Shown piece after piece: positions 25,121-35,703 of a DNA stretch of 57,387 bases. The DNA is from Basidiobolus meristosporus CBS 931.73 (taxonomy: Eukaryota > Fungi > Basidiobolomycota), in contig MCFE01000565.1 in the NCBI GenBank assembly GCA_002104905.1, forward strand, positions 1 through 57,387, read 5' to 3'. Below the pieces are notes generated by a model. That model saw only the letters and a list, made by a program, of their open reading frames with translations. It was not told the origin of the DNA and searched no databases. Within the stretch, counting starts at the first letter, position 1, and every line of letters starts with the position of its first letter. A program made the translations under genes and the position numbers.

Positions 25121-27800
25121 ATGGATTCGTTCAGAAAACCATTCTCAGGGACCGCGAGCCCCTACCGCTCGCCCACCCCCCAGGCCACTCAAGGAGGTAG
25201 CTTCAAGGTGGCGAAGTGTCCAAGCGACGCTTTGGCTTTGACGAACTTGCTCGTCGTAAGCCCCAAAGATTTCGACCCCTCCACCCGCTACGTCTCGCTA
25301 AACGACCAATTCGTGTTCACCATCCAGTTAGTTTCTGCCTTCCTTCATACCCCGCCGGGCTGGACCGGACCGATCGTATTAATGCACAGTACTTTTTGAA
25401 ACTAGTTTTGACAACAGCTTCCCATCTGGCCAGATCGGGACCACCCTGTTCCACAGACGGTGGGCCTCCCTATCTCTGAACCAGGAGGTCTACATACAGC
25501 CGTACGATCCCCTTTCCGAAGGGGTCGATGTGTATTTGGGCAGCCTCAATCTAGAAGTAAGCCACCCGTCTGTCGGGGTTTTCGTCGTATGCAGATGCTG
25601 ACGTCTGGTTTCCCTCATCGTAGGTCAAATTCCTTAGACGCGGCTTCGAGATCAACAAAGAATTTGATACCGAGGAGATGGGCCACGTATTCACTCAGGT
25701 CAGTAAGCCCGGGTGCGAACTCCCGTGAGTGAGGAGTGCTAACGTTTTATTCCGCAGTCCTTCGGAAACCAAGTGTTCACTAGAGGGCAGCAGCTCGTTT
25801 TCGACTTCCACGGGTTGAACCTTCAGGTGCAGGTGTTGGATCTGGAGGTGGCCGAGCTCGAGAGCTTACGCTCCGGACAGACCCAACCGAAGAGTGGTGG
25901 TATGTGAAGCATACGGAATTCCCCTGGCCAGTTGAGCCTGACCTTAAGATCTCCTCCCTCTAGCACCCAGTAACCCGAGCAGAGGTATCCTGATGCAACA
26001 GACTTTGGTCCAGTTTACCAAGGCGCAGGATTGCACGATCCGCCTGAAGGGGACATCCCGAAGGTATGTACTAGAAGTGAGAATGTATGTAGATCGGATG
26101 GTGATTGATGGTGTATGCGTATAGCTCAAGAGCCAACGCCATTATCCAGCCCAACTTCAAATTCGAGGACATGGGCATTGGTGGCTTGGATTCGGAGTTT
26201 AGCGGGATTTTCCGTAGAGCATTCGCCTCGCGCATTTTCCCCCCGTCGATTGTCGAGAAGCTGGGGATTCAGCACGTCAAAGGTACGCCGTGGTTGAGTA
26301 GCGGTCCGTGGGTCAGAACTAGTGGCTAACCTCCAGAGACGCTTAGGTATTCTGCTGTACGGACCACCAGGTACCGGTAAGACCTTGATGGCCCGCCAAA
26401 TCGGAAAGATGCTGAACGCCGGAGAGCCCAAGATCGTCAACGGACCCGAAATCCTGAACAAGTACGTCGGACAATCGGAAGAGAACATTCGTAAACTGTT
26501 CACGGAGGCCGAGCAGGAGTACAAAGCCAAGGGGGATGAGAGCTCACTTCACATCATCATCTTCGACGAACTGGACGCCATCTGTAAGCAGCGTGGTGGA
26601 AAGAACGACGGGACCGGAGTTGGGGACTCAGTGGTCAACCAGCTCCTTGCCAAGATGGATGGTGTGGAGCAGCTCAACAACATCCTGATCATCGGTATGA
26701 CTAATCGACTGGATATGATCGACGAGGCCTTACTGCGTCCTGGACGTCTGGAGGTCCACATGGAGATCGGTCTCCCTGATGAAAAGGGCAGATTCCAGAT
26801 CCTGAAAATCCACACATCCAAGATGCGTCAGAACGACATCATGGGAGAGGATGTGGACATCGAGGAGTTGGCCAAGTTGACCAAGAACTTCAGCGGTGCC
26901 GAAATAGCCGGTCTGGTCAAGAGTGCCTCATCGTTTGCGTTCAACAGACATGTCAAGGTTGGGACCTTGGCTGGGGTTGCCCCCGATGTAGAGAACATGA
27001 AGGTGATGCGGGATGACTTCCTCAATGGCCTGGAGGAAGTCCGACCGGCGTTCGGTATTTCCGACACCGAGCTGCAGCAGTGCGTTCAGAACCACATCAT
27101 TCCCTTCGCCCCACACGTGGACAGAATATTGTCCGATGGCCAGCTCTTCGTCGAGCAAGTCAAGCGTAGTGAGCGTACGCCTTTGGTCAGTGTACTGCTA
27201 CACGGTCCGCCTGGAAGCGGAAAGACTGCCCTAGCGGCCACCATCGCCATGGGCAGTGAATTCCCCTTCATCAAGCTGATCTCTCCAGAGTCCATGGTGG
27301 GTTATTCCGAGAACGCGAAGATGACCGCCATCAACAAGACGTTCAGCGACTCGTACAAGTCGCCCTTCAGTATTATCGTGATCGACAATCTCGAGCGTCT
27401 CTTGGATTGGGTGCCGATTGGCCCCCGCTTCTCCAACTCCGTGTTCCAGACGCTGATGGTTCTCCTTAAAAAGCGCCCACCCAAGGACCGCAAACTCCTA
27501 ATCATTGCCACGGCTAGCCAGCGCTCCATTTTACAGCAGATGGATATGATCGACGCATTCAACGCGGACATTTACGTACCCAACATCACCGACCTCTCGG
27601 CCGTGGATATAGTACTCAAAGAGCTGGCATTGTTTAACGAGCAAGAGCACGGCGCCGCCCTGAACGCGCTTCAACGGGAATTCCAGAACCAGAGCGTGTC
27701 GATCGGCATCAAGAAGCTCTTGAATGTCATCGAAATGGCCCGACAAGATGTCGACAAGGTGGACAAGTTGGTGACCACCATGGCGGGGCTTGGATTGTAA
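25121..27800 (+). CDS. SEC18: Vesicle-fusing ATPase NSF/Sec18, multi-exon
   Basis: N-domain exons (DALALTN), D1 [17 protein letters not shown]2 [16 protein letters not shown] motif. Confidence 0.96.
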
Positions 27801-29490
27801 CAACACACGTAGTAATTGTATTTCTTTCGTCGTAACCCATTTTTTTATTACGTTGGCTGAACTGCACTCACTTCACGAGTCTAATCTGTTCTAATTTGTG
27901 GTGGATGATGATCAAATCCGGTGGATTTTAGTTCATTTCTCATCTCTTTTGCCACCATGGCCACTCAGAGTGTAGATGGCTAGCCACCAGCGATGTATTT
28001 CTCGAAAACCCGGTGAATTAAACGTATCTCTTCTGAGCCTAGTTCCCTTAATAGAAGTAGTACGGACAACACTATGTTTAGCTGGCTCGGTTTCTATGAA
28101 GGAAGGTTGAGTGTGTGGTGCACTGGCGAATTGAATTCCCACGTGGATTACCTTGCGGGGGGCTTTCGCAGCGGGGCGAGGCTAAACAACGAATGTTTAT
28201 GATAATAGTGTGTGTGGACAGAATGCCAATCAGAAGTACCTCGTCAGTCTGAACACCAATCGACCTATGAGCTGCAACATGCTGTTTGAGGGGATATCCG
28301 TGATCCTCGGCAAGCTTAGTATCCGGCGATAGGATAATAGAACTCTGTTGGATGGCTATATATACATATGTGTGTGGAAGCACTGAGCAACAGTCGTTTA
28401 TGCCTTCATGCGGGCTTGCCTACCTTTATTATCCAGCTTTTGCAACGACGGCAGTCGACGTATCAGGAAGCTGGGATAATGGGCCTCCTCGACACACGGA
28501 TTTTCAGATAACCAGAGGACATGCAATGCGGCCAAGTGATAGATCTCCTTCAAGTCGCTTAATCTGATGGAGTTCCTGCGTAGATAGAGCTCCCGTAGCT
28601 TACGACCTAGACAGAGACAGTCAGCAACGCTCTACGGAGCCGAATTGCGTATATGGCACTGACAATGGTATAATGGTCGGATGGACACGACTTGGTTAAC
28701 ACTGGCCACCATCAGTGATGTTCCGTGGCTGGGAATTGCAAGTTGGTGCTTACCTCAGATCCAACACCTCCAAATTCGCCGCATTCCTCAGAACGCTAAT
28801 GTCTTTCAGGCCCAAGCCCCTTAAATTACGCTTAGTTGATCGCGGATTGGGATCCGAAGCAGGAGAAGCAAAGCTCACTCTACCATAAATTCAGCACTCG
28901 GATGTCTTCTAATCTCCTCGCACCCGCCTTCTTGAGAGCCAACGACTCCGTCAAGATCATCTTATGGAAAGCAGAAATGGAGGAACGGCCTGTATCTTAT
29001 GTAATAACTGGGAGTAAGATCTATGAAAGCTTGCTAAGCCACGAGAAGTCTAATAAATTGGATGGGACCTGCGGGTGGGATCAGTAGCATGTATGTAGGT
29101 TCTGGGGTTGCTAGGCAAGTCATCTTACAAAGCTTAAAGTGGACACTCGCGCTGCAATGTTGAAGAACATCACTCATAGGAGGGGCATCGCTCATTCGGT
29201 TGAAATCCCTATCCCGCATGGCCTTGGAAAACCACCGACCGTAGTGTTTATATTCACCGCCCCTGAACTGCTCAACAAATCATCAAGACTTATAAAAAGA
29301 AACACCAATCTGGTTCAAAATACCGGTTGATATTGCTATTACTAGGAGCCTCCACCTTCCCACTTGCCTGTTGTTTCCTTTAGTCCCAGAGAATATATAT
29401 ATATATATATATATAATACCCTTGATTATTTTAGCCCTAACCATACCACTAATTCTCCCGCTGCCCTTATCTCTTTAATTTTTCCGACAG

Positions 29491-30313
29491 ATGAGTGAAC
29501 ACTGCCCAAGTACGAGCACTAGCTCTTCTCCTACCGACTCACAGGAGAGTATTTCTCTAGAAAGCGGTAATAGAGGCCTGCTCTCGATTCGCGGAACGGG
29601 AATGACTAGCTGGCTATGGTACAAACGGCTGGCCATTCTGAAAAACACCTGTATAACAATCCACAAACTACACGTAAGTACTCTATCCGACAGCTCTCAA
29701 GGGGTCGTCACTAAACCAAGCTCTCCTCACAAGAACGAAGTAAGAGCACTGGACACCATCTTCTTCGACGAGATTCGAGACTTGTCGAGATCGGAGCTCA
29801 AACCTTACTGCTTCAAGATCTGCACAGAGACCAGAAACATCTACATCGCGTGCAAAAACGAAGAGGAGTTGTGGTCGTGGATGGACCCAATATACAAGGT
29901 AAACAAGCCCCTCTTCCAACATTGCTCTTCGTCTCTGATACGCGTGTTAGTGCTCACCAATGAAAGGGGTCTCCAGTCCAACCAACTTCAGTCACCGCGC
30001 GCACTTGAGCTTTGATACCATAACAGGAATGCTGACGGTGAGCAAGCTTTACCATAAATGCGGTGCATGACTTTTCAATAACATTTGCATCTCCCAGACA
30101 ACCAATCAACAGTGGGATGTGACATCGCCCACGCTCTCGAAAGACGAATATCTAAACAACCCGGAGATTTTGATGGAATTCATCCAAATGTGTACTGGAT
30201 ACTCGCGGATCAATGAAAAGCCACAATTTCGATCGGTGCAGCTGGGAAGCTACGATCTACCAGAAATCCCCAAAATGTCCACGTTTGAAGAGATGCCATT
30301 TCAACATAAATGA
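29491..30313 (+). CDS. Cla4/Skm1-like PH-CRIB protein lacking a kinase domain (about 217 aa, 4 exons)
   Basis: Introns 29674-29733, 29899-29950 and 30038-30097 give SWLWYKRLAIL...EELWSWMDPIYK-CSPMKGVSSPTNFSHRAHLSFD...W...LSKDEYLNNPEIL, then a stop at 30313. Confidence 0.72.
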
Positions 30314-30534
30314 TCGCGTAGATCACCCTATTACCATTTAAAGTGGCCCAACTGCCAACCATTAATCACCTCTTGTTTACACGCTTAAAAAAAGGTTTTG
30401 CTGATTACACCTTTTAGTCAAGTTCCCTTGCTTACACGGTTAAATAAAGGTTTCGTTGTTTAACGTATTGTTGTTATTGACACGGTATTGATAGAACATA
30501 TATATCGATATTATACATATAGGTACTTGGTCAT

Positions 30535-33039
30535 TTAGATCTCACCAAGGTCCCAGAATTTGGCGCCGATAGGAACGATATCGCTTCCGTTCTTATGGGT
30601 GCCCATAATGTCGAAGAGGATGGCCATGTTCCAATCGGGTTCCTTTTTGGGAACCGAGATGACGGTAACCTTGTTACCCTTTTGAGAGAACACCCCACGG
30701 GTGTTGTTCACAATGGTTTGTCCACGGGGAAGCTCGAATTGAATTCTCCAGTTATTGGAGAAGGCGGTGGTAGTGGTACGGATACGAACGGTGGTCTTGA
30801 ACATGTTGTTGCTGTACTCAGGTGCTGCGTAGTCGATCAAAGCGTGGTTGCTGGGGCCCTCGATAGCGCGCTTCTTCATTCCACCGTATGGGGTGGTGCA
30901 GGCTGGTTGATGAGGATGCTTGTAGGCCCAGTCGCAGTAGACAAGAGCATTATCTTGAACACAGGTGAGAAGGTCGTGGGCGTCACATTTACGAAGGACC
31001 CATTTGCCAAACACACACTGGGCATATTCGTTACCGTTGCAAGCTAGGTTGACGGTGTTGCATGGTGCGTTTTGAACAGGGCAAACGCCAGTGGGCTTAG
31101 GAGCATGTGATTCGGTAGTACTGGGCTTGTGAGTCTCATGGGTTTCAGAAGTATGGTGAGCAGAAGACTTGTGAGACTCGGTGGTGTGGTGGGAAGGCTT
31201 GTGAGTCTCAGTAGTATGGTGAGCGGAAGACTTGTGAGTCTCGGTGGTGTGGTGGGAAGGCTTGTGAGTCTCGGTGGTATGGTGAGTGGAAGACTTGTGA
31301 GTCTCGGTGGTGTGGTGGGAGGATTTGTGAGACTCAGTAGTATGGTGAGTGGTAGGCTTGTGAGTCTCGGTGGTATGGTGAGTGGAAGACTTGTGGGCCT
31401 CGGTAGTATGGTGAGCGGAAGACTTGTGAGTCTCGGTGGTGTGGTGGGAAGGCTTGTGAGTCTCGGTGGTATGGTCAGTGGAAGACTTGTGGGCCTCGGT
31501 AGTATGGTGAGCGGAAGACTTGGGAGTCTCGGTGGTATGGTGGGAGGATTTGTGAGACTCAGTAGTATGGTGAGTGGAAGACTTGCGAGTCTCAGTAGTA
31601 TGGTGAGCGGAAGACTTGTGAGTCTCGGTGGTGTGGTGGGAGGATTTGTGAGACTCGGTAGTATGGTGAGTGGTAGGCTTGTGAGTCTCGGTGGTATGGT
31701 GAGTGGAAGACTTGTGGGCCTCGGTAGTATGGTGAGCGGAAGACTTGTGAGTCTCGGTGGTGTGGTGGGAGGAGTTGTGAGACTCAGTAGTATGGTGAGT
31801 AGTAGGCTTGTGAGTCTCGGTGGTATGGTGAGTGGAAGACTTGTGAGTCTCGGTGGTGTGGTGAGCGGAAGACTTGTGAGTCTCGGTGGTGTGGTGGGAG
31901 GATTTGTGAGACTCAGAAGTATGGTGAGTGGAAGGCTTATTATGAGTCTCAGTGGTATGGTGAATGGAAGACTTGTGGGTCTCGGCGGTATGAGTGGTGT
32001 GATGGGTAGAGGCAGGCTTAGAAGGCTGAGGATGTCCAGAGCATTTTCCGCCTTCCATCAGAATATTTTTAACTGATTGAGCGAAGCTGACTCCGTTGAT
32101 CATGGACGACTCGGAGGTAGAGGCTTCCCAGGTCATGACACCACCGAAGCTAGAATATTGTTGACGGGTACTGTCGATGAGTGGCTTCAACTCATCAGGG
32201 GTCATGTAACCGTAACTACCGGCCTTAGGGTTACCCAAAGTACCAATGAACAGCTTGACATCGGGATTGACGGACTTGGTTTTGGCCCAATGATCCCAGA
32301 TGCCATAGTTGAAGTGGCCTGGAATGCTGGGAGTGCAGTAGTTGTTGTAAAATTGAATATAAACCATATCGAACCAAGCTTCATCAAGAGCATTGCCGAG
32401 GAACATATCGGGATATGGGCATTGAGGAGCAGCTGAGGTAATGTACTTTCTGCTCTTGTCGGTATCGAAGTATGTACGGAGCTTACGGATGAAAGCACCA
32501 TAACCTGTGCTGACGCCAGCCTCAATGTCTAAATCAATTCCATCAAGGATTGTAGAGCCAAATGGACGAGTGTTTGAAGAACCACCAAGAAGCGTATCCC
32601 AAACGGTCTTGGCAAATCTCTCACCGTCGGCATCATTGTCGAGGCCATAGGATCCAGCAGCGCCACCCAAAGACATGGTCACCTTCTTCCCCTTCGATTG
32701 GCAATATTTGATATCTTCACCCACATCAGGGCAGCTCAACAGAGTAGTCCCAGGAAAGTGGGTACCACCACAATGGCACGAGAGGTTAATCTGAGGAAGA
32801 TTACCGGCATCCCCGTTGAAGACATTCATGAAGCCAATGTTGATGACATCCAGGGTGTTGTCATTACAGTAATCGCGGAGCGGTTTTTCCCATTTACTCT
32901 TGTCGGTGGGATTCAGAATACCCATGGTGTTCTGACCCCAATAAGTGACTAGGTTACTGTTACATGATTCATCGAAGGCCGAAGTCAGCGAGAGACTTGC
33001 TAAGACAACGGTCAAGGCAGCAAGGCGAGTGGAAACCAT
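30535..33039 (-). CDS. Secreted GH18 (Cts1-type) chitinase with a His/Thr-rich repeat stalk, Cys-rich CBM19-like module and C-terminal CBM2-like domain
   Basis: Signal peptide MVSTRLAALTVVLASLSLTSA; VTYWGQN, DGIDLDIE, AAPQCPYPD, QFYNNYC, GGVMTWEAS. Confidence 0.92.
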   Translation of the reverse strand: MVSTRLAALTVVLASLSLTSAFDESCNSNLVTYWGQNTMGILNPTDKSKWEKPLRDYCNDNTLDVINIGFMNVFNGDAGNLPQINLSCHCGGTHFPGTTLLSCPDVGEDIKYCQSKGKKVTMSLGGAAGSYGLDNDADGERFAKTVWDTLLGGSSNTRPFGSTILDGIDLDIEAGVSTGYGAFIRKLRTYFDTDKSRKYITSAAPQCPYPDMFLGNALDEAWFDMVYIQFYNNYCTPSIPGHFNYGIWDHWAKTKSVNPDVKLFIGTLGNPKAGSYGYMTPDELKPLIDSTRQQYSSFGGVMTWEASTSESSMINGVSFAQSVKNILMEGGKCSGHPQPSKPASTHHTTHTAETHKSSIHHTTETHNKPSTHHTSESHKSSHHTTETHKSSAHHTTETHKSSTHHTTETHKPTTHHTTESHNSSHHTTETHKSSAHHTTEAHKSSTHHTTETHKPTTHHTTESHKSSHHTTETHKSSAHHTTETRKSSTHHTTESHKSSHHTTETPKSSAHHTTEAHKSSTDHTTETHKPSHHTTETHKSSAHHTTEAHKSSTHHTTETHKPTTHHTTESHKSSHHTTETHKSSTHHTTETHKPSHHTTETHKSSAHHTTETHKPSHHTTESHKSSAHHTSETHETHKPSTTESHAPKPTGVCPVQNAPCNTVNLACNGNEYAQCVFGKWVLRKCDAHDLLTCVQDNALVYCDWAYKHPHQPACTTPYGGMKKRAIEGPSNHALIDYAAPEYSNNMFKTTVRIRTTTTAFSNNWRIQFELPRGQTIVNNTRGVFSQKGNKVTVISVPKKEPDWNMAILFDIMGTHKNGSDIVPIGAKFWDLGEI
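31129..32000 (-). repeat. Coding tandem repeat, about 26 units of 30-33 bp (HHTTETHKSS-type)
   Basis: Visible periodicity in DNA and translation, with a recurring 4-unit higher-order block. Confidence 0.95.
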
Positions 33040-33758
33040 TAGGAAAATAATGAATATATTAGGAAGTGCCAACTTTTGTTTCCAACGATTTATTCCACAA
33101 CACATCCCGTTCACTTTTATATACTCGACGCATACTTGTATCCAGGTCCAGCGATCCGCCCAATCTGACCAAGTGCAATGCAGGAAAAGCATCGTCAACA
33201 CTGGTGCTCTTGCCATATTGGACTGGGAAGTGAAGTAGCATTAGGAATTTTCTATAGCAGGACTGATATACCAAAGCCGCCAGGTGTCGCGTATTTTTAC
33301 CAACCTCATCATATTAGGGCAATGGACAATCATACAATAAAATGTAAACATTCCAGAGTCACTCGCGCGTATCCAAGCTGAACGACCACTATTTGGGGTA
33401 CGGAACATTGGAAGCGGAGGCAAAAAAGGAATCCACCCCTATATTCTCACTCTGCATATAGATATTTCATGCACAATGGAGAAAGCCTCGTTCGCGTCAA
33501 GCAAAGGCATAGCATGTTTATCCAGAACAAGGGCCGCATGCAAAAATCAATTTAACTTGCTTCCAATTAGAAGGTTCTGACACAAATCGCCAAGTGATCC
33601 ACCAAACGATCCACCAAACGATACATGGGTATGTTTACCTATTTCCGAAGGTGGATACAAAAAGTTTTATTGGGTTAGGGGATCTGGAGATAGTCACGCA
33701 AGTGTCCCAAGCAACGATCAGGGTAACTGGTCAAAGGGATTTAATATACTGCTTTTAT

Positions 33759-34880
33759 TCAGCGTATGGGGTTTTTATTTTCCGTGCATTTTCCGGCATT
33801 TTCCGTGTATTTTCTGCCTCTGCTGAACTCGATTAGACTGTCTTCATCTACCACTAGACCCTTCGACTTCATATCGGATATGACGAGCTCGATATCTCTC
33901 TTGCTGCCATATGCGGGTAAGTGAAGGAGAAGGTATTGGTAGAAGAATTTGTAGATGTCATCCATCAAACTATCGCTGAAATTCACCCGGTACCTCTGAT
34001 GGATATCAAATGGAGTTTGTTTCGAGCTCATGACAGGTAATGTGGTGAAGAGTCCAGCCGCCCCTGAGCGCAAGCAAAAGAAGATCGTTAGCGCAACCCC
34101 CATGCTGCCTATCTGGGGTATGTTGGGAAGCAACATCCCAAGGGTTATAGTTAGCCAACCACCGCAAAGCGCTCCGATACCTACTCGCATCCCTATCTTC
34201 ATTCGACGCTGGGTGTTCACCGATTGACAGATATCTTGGGTTCCCATCTCGACTATCTCTAGGGCTTGAGGAACCTTCTGTGCCTTGACGGCACAATGGA
34301 TCATCAATTTAAAGGTGGCTACGTTCGGTACGAATCGTTTCTGTCGCATCTCTGAGTAAACTTTAAACACCTCATCCACTTGAAAAGTATATACACAAAC
34401 GTCTAGATATGCGTTGATTATGTTGAGATCCAATACGGGTGTGTCTTTGACTCGTTCAAATAGCCCAGCGGCAATCTCGAAAGTCTGCTCGGTCACACTC
34501 TTTTCGTTGGCTAGTAGAATATCTATCTCATCTTTCTTCTTGGGTGGTCTTTCTTTGGCATTGGCGGCCAGGTCGCTGCAAGCATGCAATGCAGAAAGGA
34601 TGGAGCTGGGTAAGGGCTGTGGCTGCTTGTAGAAGTGGCGATTGATTTGTGAACGAAGTTGTTTGGGGGTGTTGCAATTTACAAAATGGCCACCGCTTGA
34701 ATATTTTCGCAGCCCGGTATAATTATGCCGCTTGGAAAAATGAGCCAACGAGCACTTGGTGAGGACGGAGGCTCGTTGAACATCACTTCTTGTTTTTAGT
34801 CTCTGTGTGCTACAAAAAAGCACTGATAACTGAGAGGAAACCTTTGAGCATACGGGAGGACTGTGTTTATAAAAAGCCAT
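33759..34880 (-). CDS. Probable mitochondrial PPR-repeat protein with two predicted transmembrane segments
   Basis: R/K/S-rich N-terminus; PPR-like IINAYLDVCV...YSEMRQKRFVPNVATFKLMIHCAVK; two hydrophobic G-rich stretches. Confidence 0.65.
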   Translation of the reverse strand: MAFYKHSPPVCSKVSSQLSVLFCSTQRLKTRSDVQRASVLTKCSLAHFSKRHNYTGLRKYSSGGHFVNCNTPKQLRSQINRHFYKQPQPLPSSILSALHACSDLAANAKERPPKKKDEIDILLANEKSVTEQTFEIAAGLFERVKDTPVLDLNIINAYLDVCVYTFQVDEVFKVYSEMRQKRFVPNVATFKLMIHCAVKAQKVPQALEIVEMGTQDICQSVNTQRRMKIGMRVGIGALCGGWLTITLGMLLPNIPQIGSMGVALTIFFCLRSGAAGLFTTLPVMSSKQTPFDIHQRYRVNFSDSLMDDIYKFFYQYLLLHLPAYGSKRDIELVISDMKSKGLVVDEDSLIEFSRGRKYTENAGKCTENKNPIR

Positions 34881-35703
34881 GATAACAAAAATTTTGCTTT
34901 CCAAGCCTTATGCCAAGTTCTCTTATTCGTAATCAAATCTTGATTACAATTTAGTTGCTGCTTAGGATGATCATGGCGAGTATGGTATAGTGAGAATAGC
35001 ATGAAAAAAGAGAAGAGGAACTAATATTGCAAATTTGAAAACGAAGACTTGTATGCCAGCTAAGAATTGGTCGAGTGGAAAAAATATGAGATTCGCATAG
35101 CCGGAAATATATGCACTTGATCAACGGATTCCATACCACTTGTAATGGGAATCCATTTTTGTTTTGTAAGCAAGTCATTGGCCAATAGGATTTTGATTGG
35201 CAAGTAATATCGTAGATCTAAATCTCGAGCTTACCTGAACTTCACACTTGCGCTTGGCGTGTGCAAGTAGAAAGGAAAGTTCCACGGTCATATATTTAGT
35301 AACCCTTGTTAACCGGTCTGACGCGTTGTAAAGTTAATCCCACCGGTACGAAGGGCTTTTCTATACACCAATAATCCCGCCAATACGAATGACTTTCCTA
35401 TAGACGTCAGCCATCCCTACACCACAAAGCCACACTTTCTATGCAGCCGCTTAACCTAACATCTCAAGCGTGTCAGACATCTAGTCTCGGTAAAATCCTA
35501 ATCCCACATGTTGATGGGTGGCCGAAATAGTAAATAGCCAAGTTAGTAAAGTAGGATGGTGCATCAACTTTTTTGGTTGACAACAAAGATTTCCCACCTT
35601 TTGAATGGTTAATTACACTTCGTGGCGCTGCCGCTAAGACTCAACCGTGACTATAAATTGAGCGGTAGAGTCCCGCTGAACTTCAGAGGTTCTAACTATC
35701 ATC

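Noticed and set aside
27900-29480. Several 60-100 aa ORFs between SEC18 and the PH-CRIB gene
   Set aside because: No motifs or consistent splice pattern; treated as intergenic (includes an (AT)n microsatellite near 29393-29415).
31129-32436. 315-aa antisense ORF (MVSGRLVSLGG repeats) and neighbours
   Set aside because: Mirror of the chitinase His/Thr repeat.
30535-33216. ORF-track start at 33216 for the chitinase
   Set aside because: The signal peptide begins at ATG 33039; the upstream 59 codons are not signal-like.
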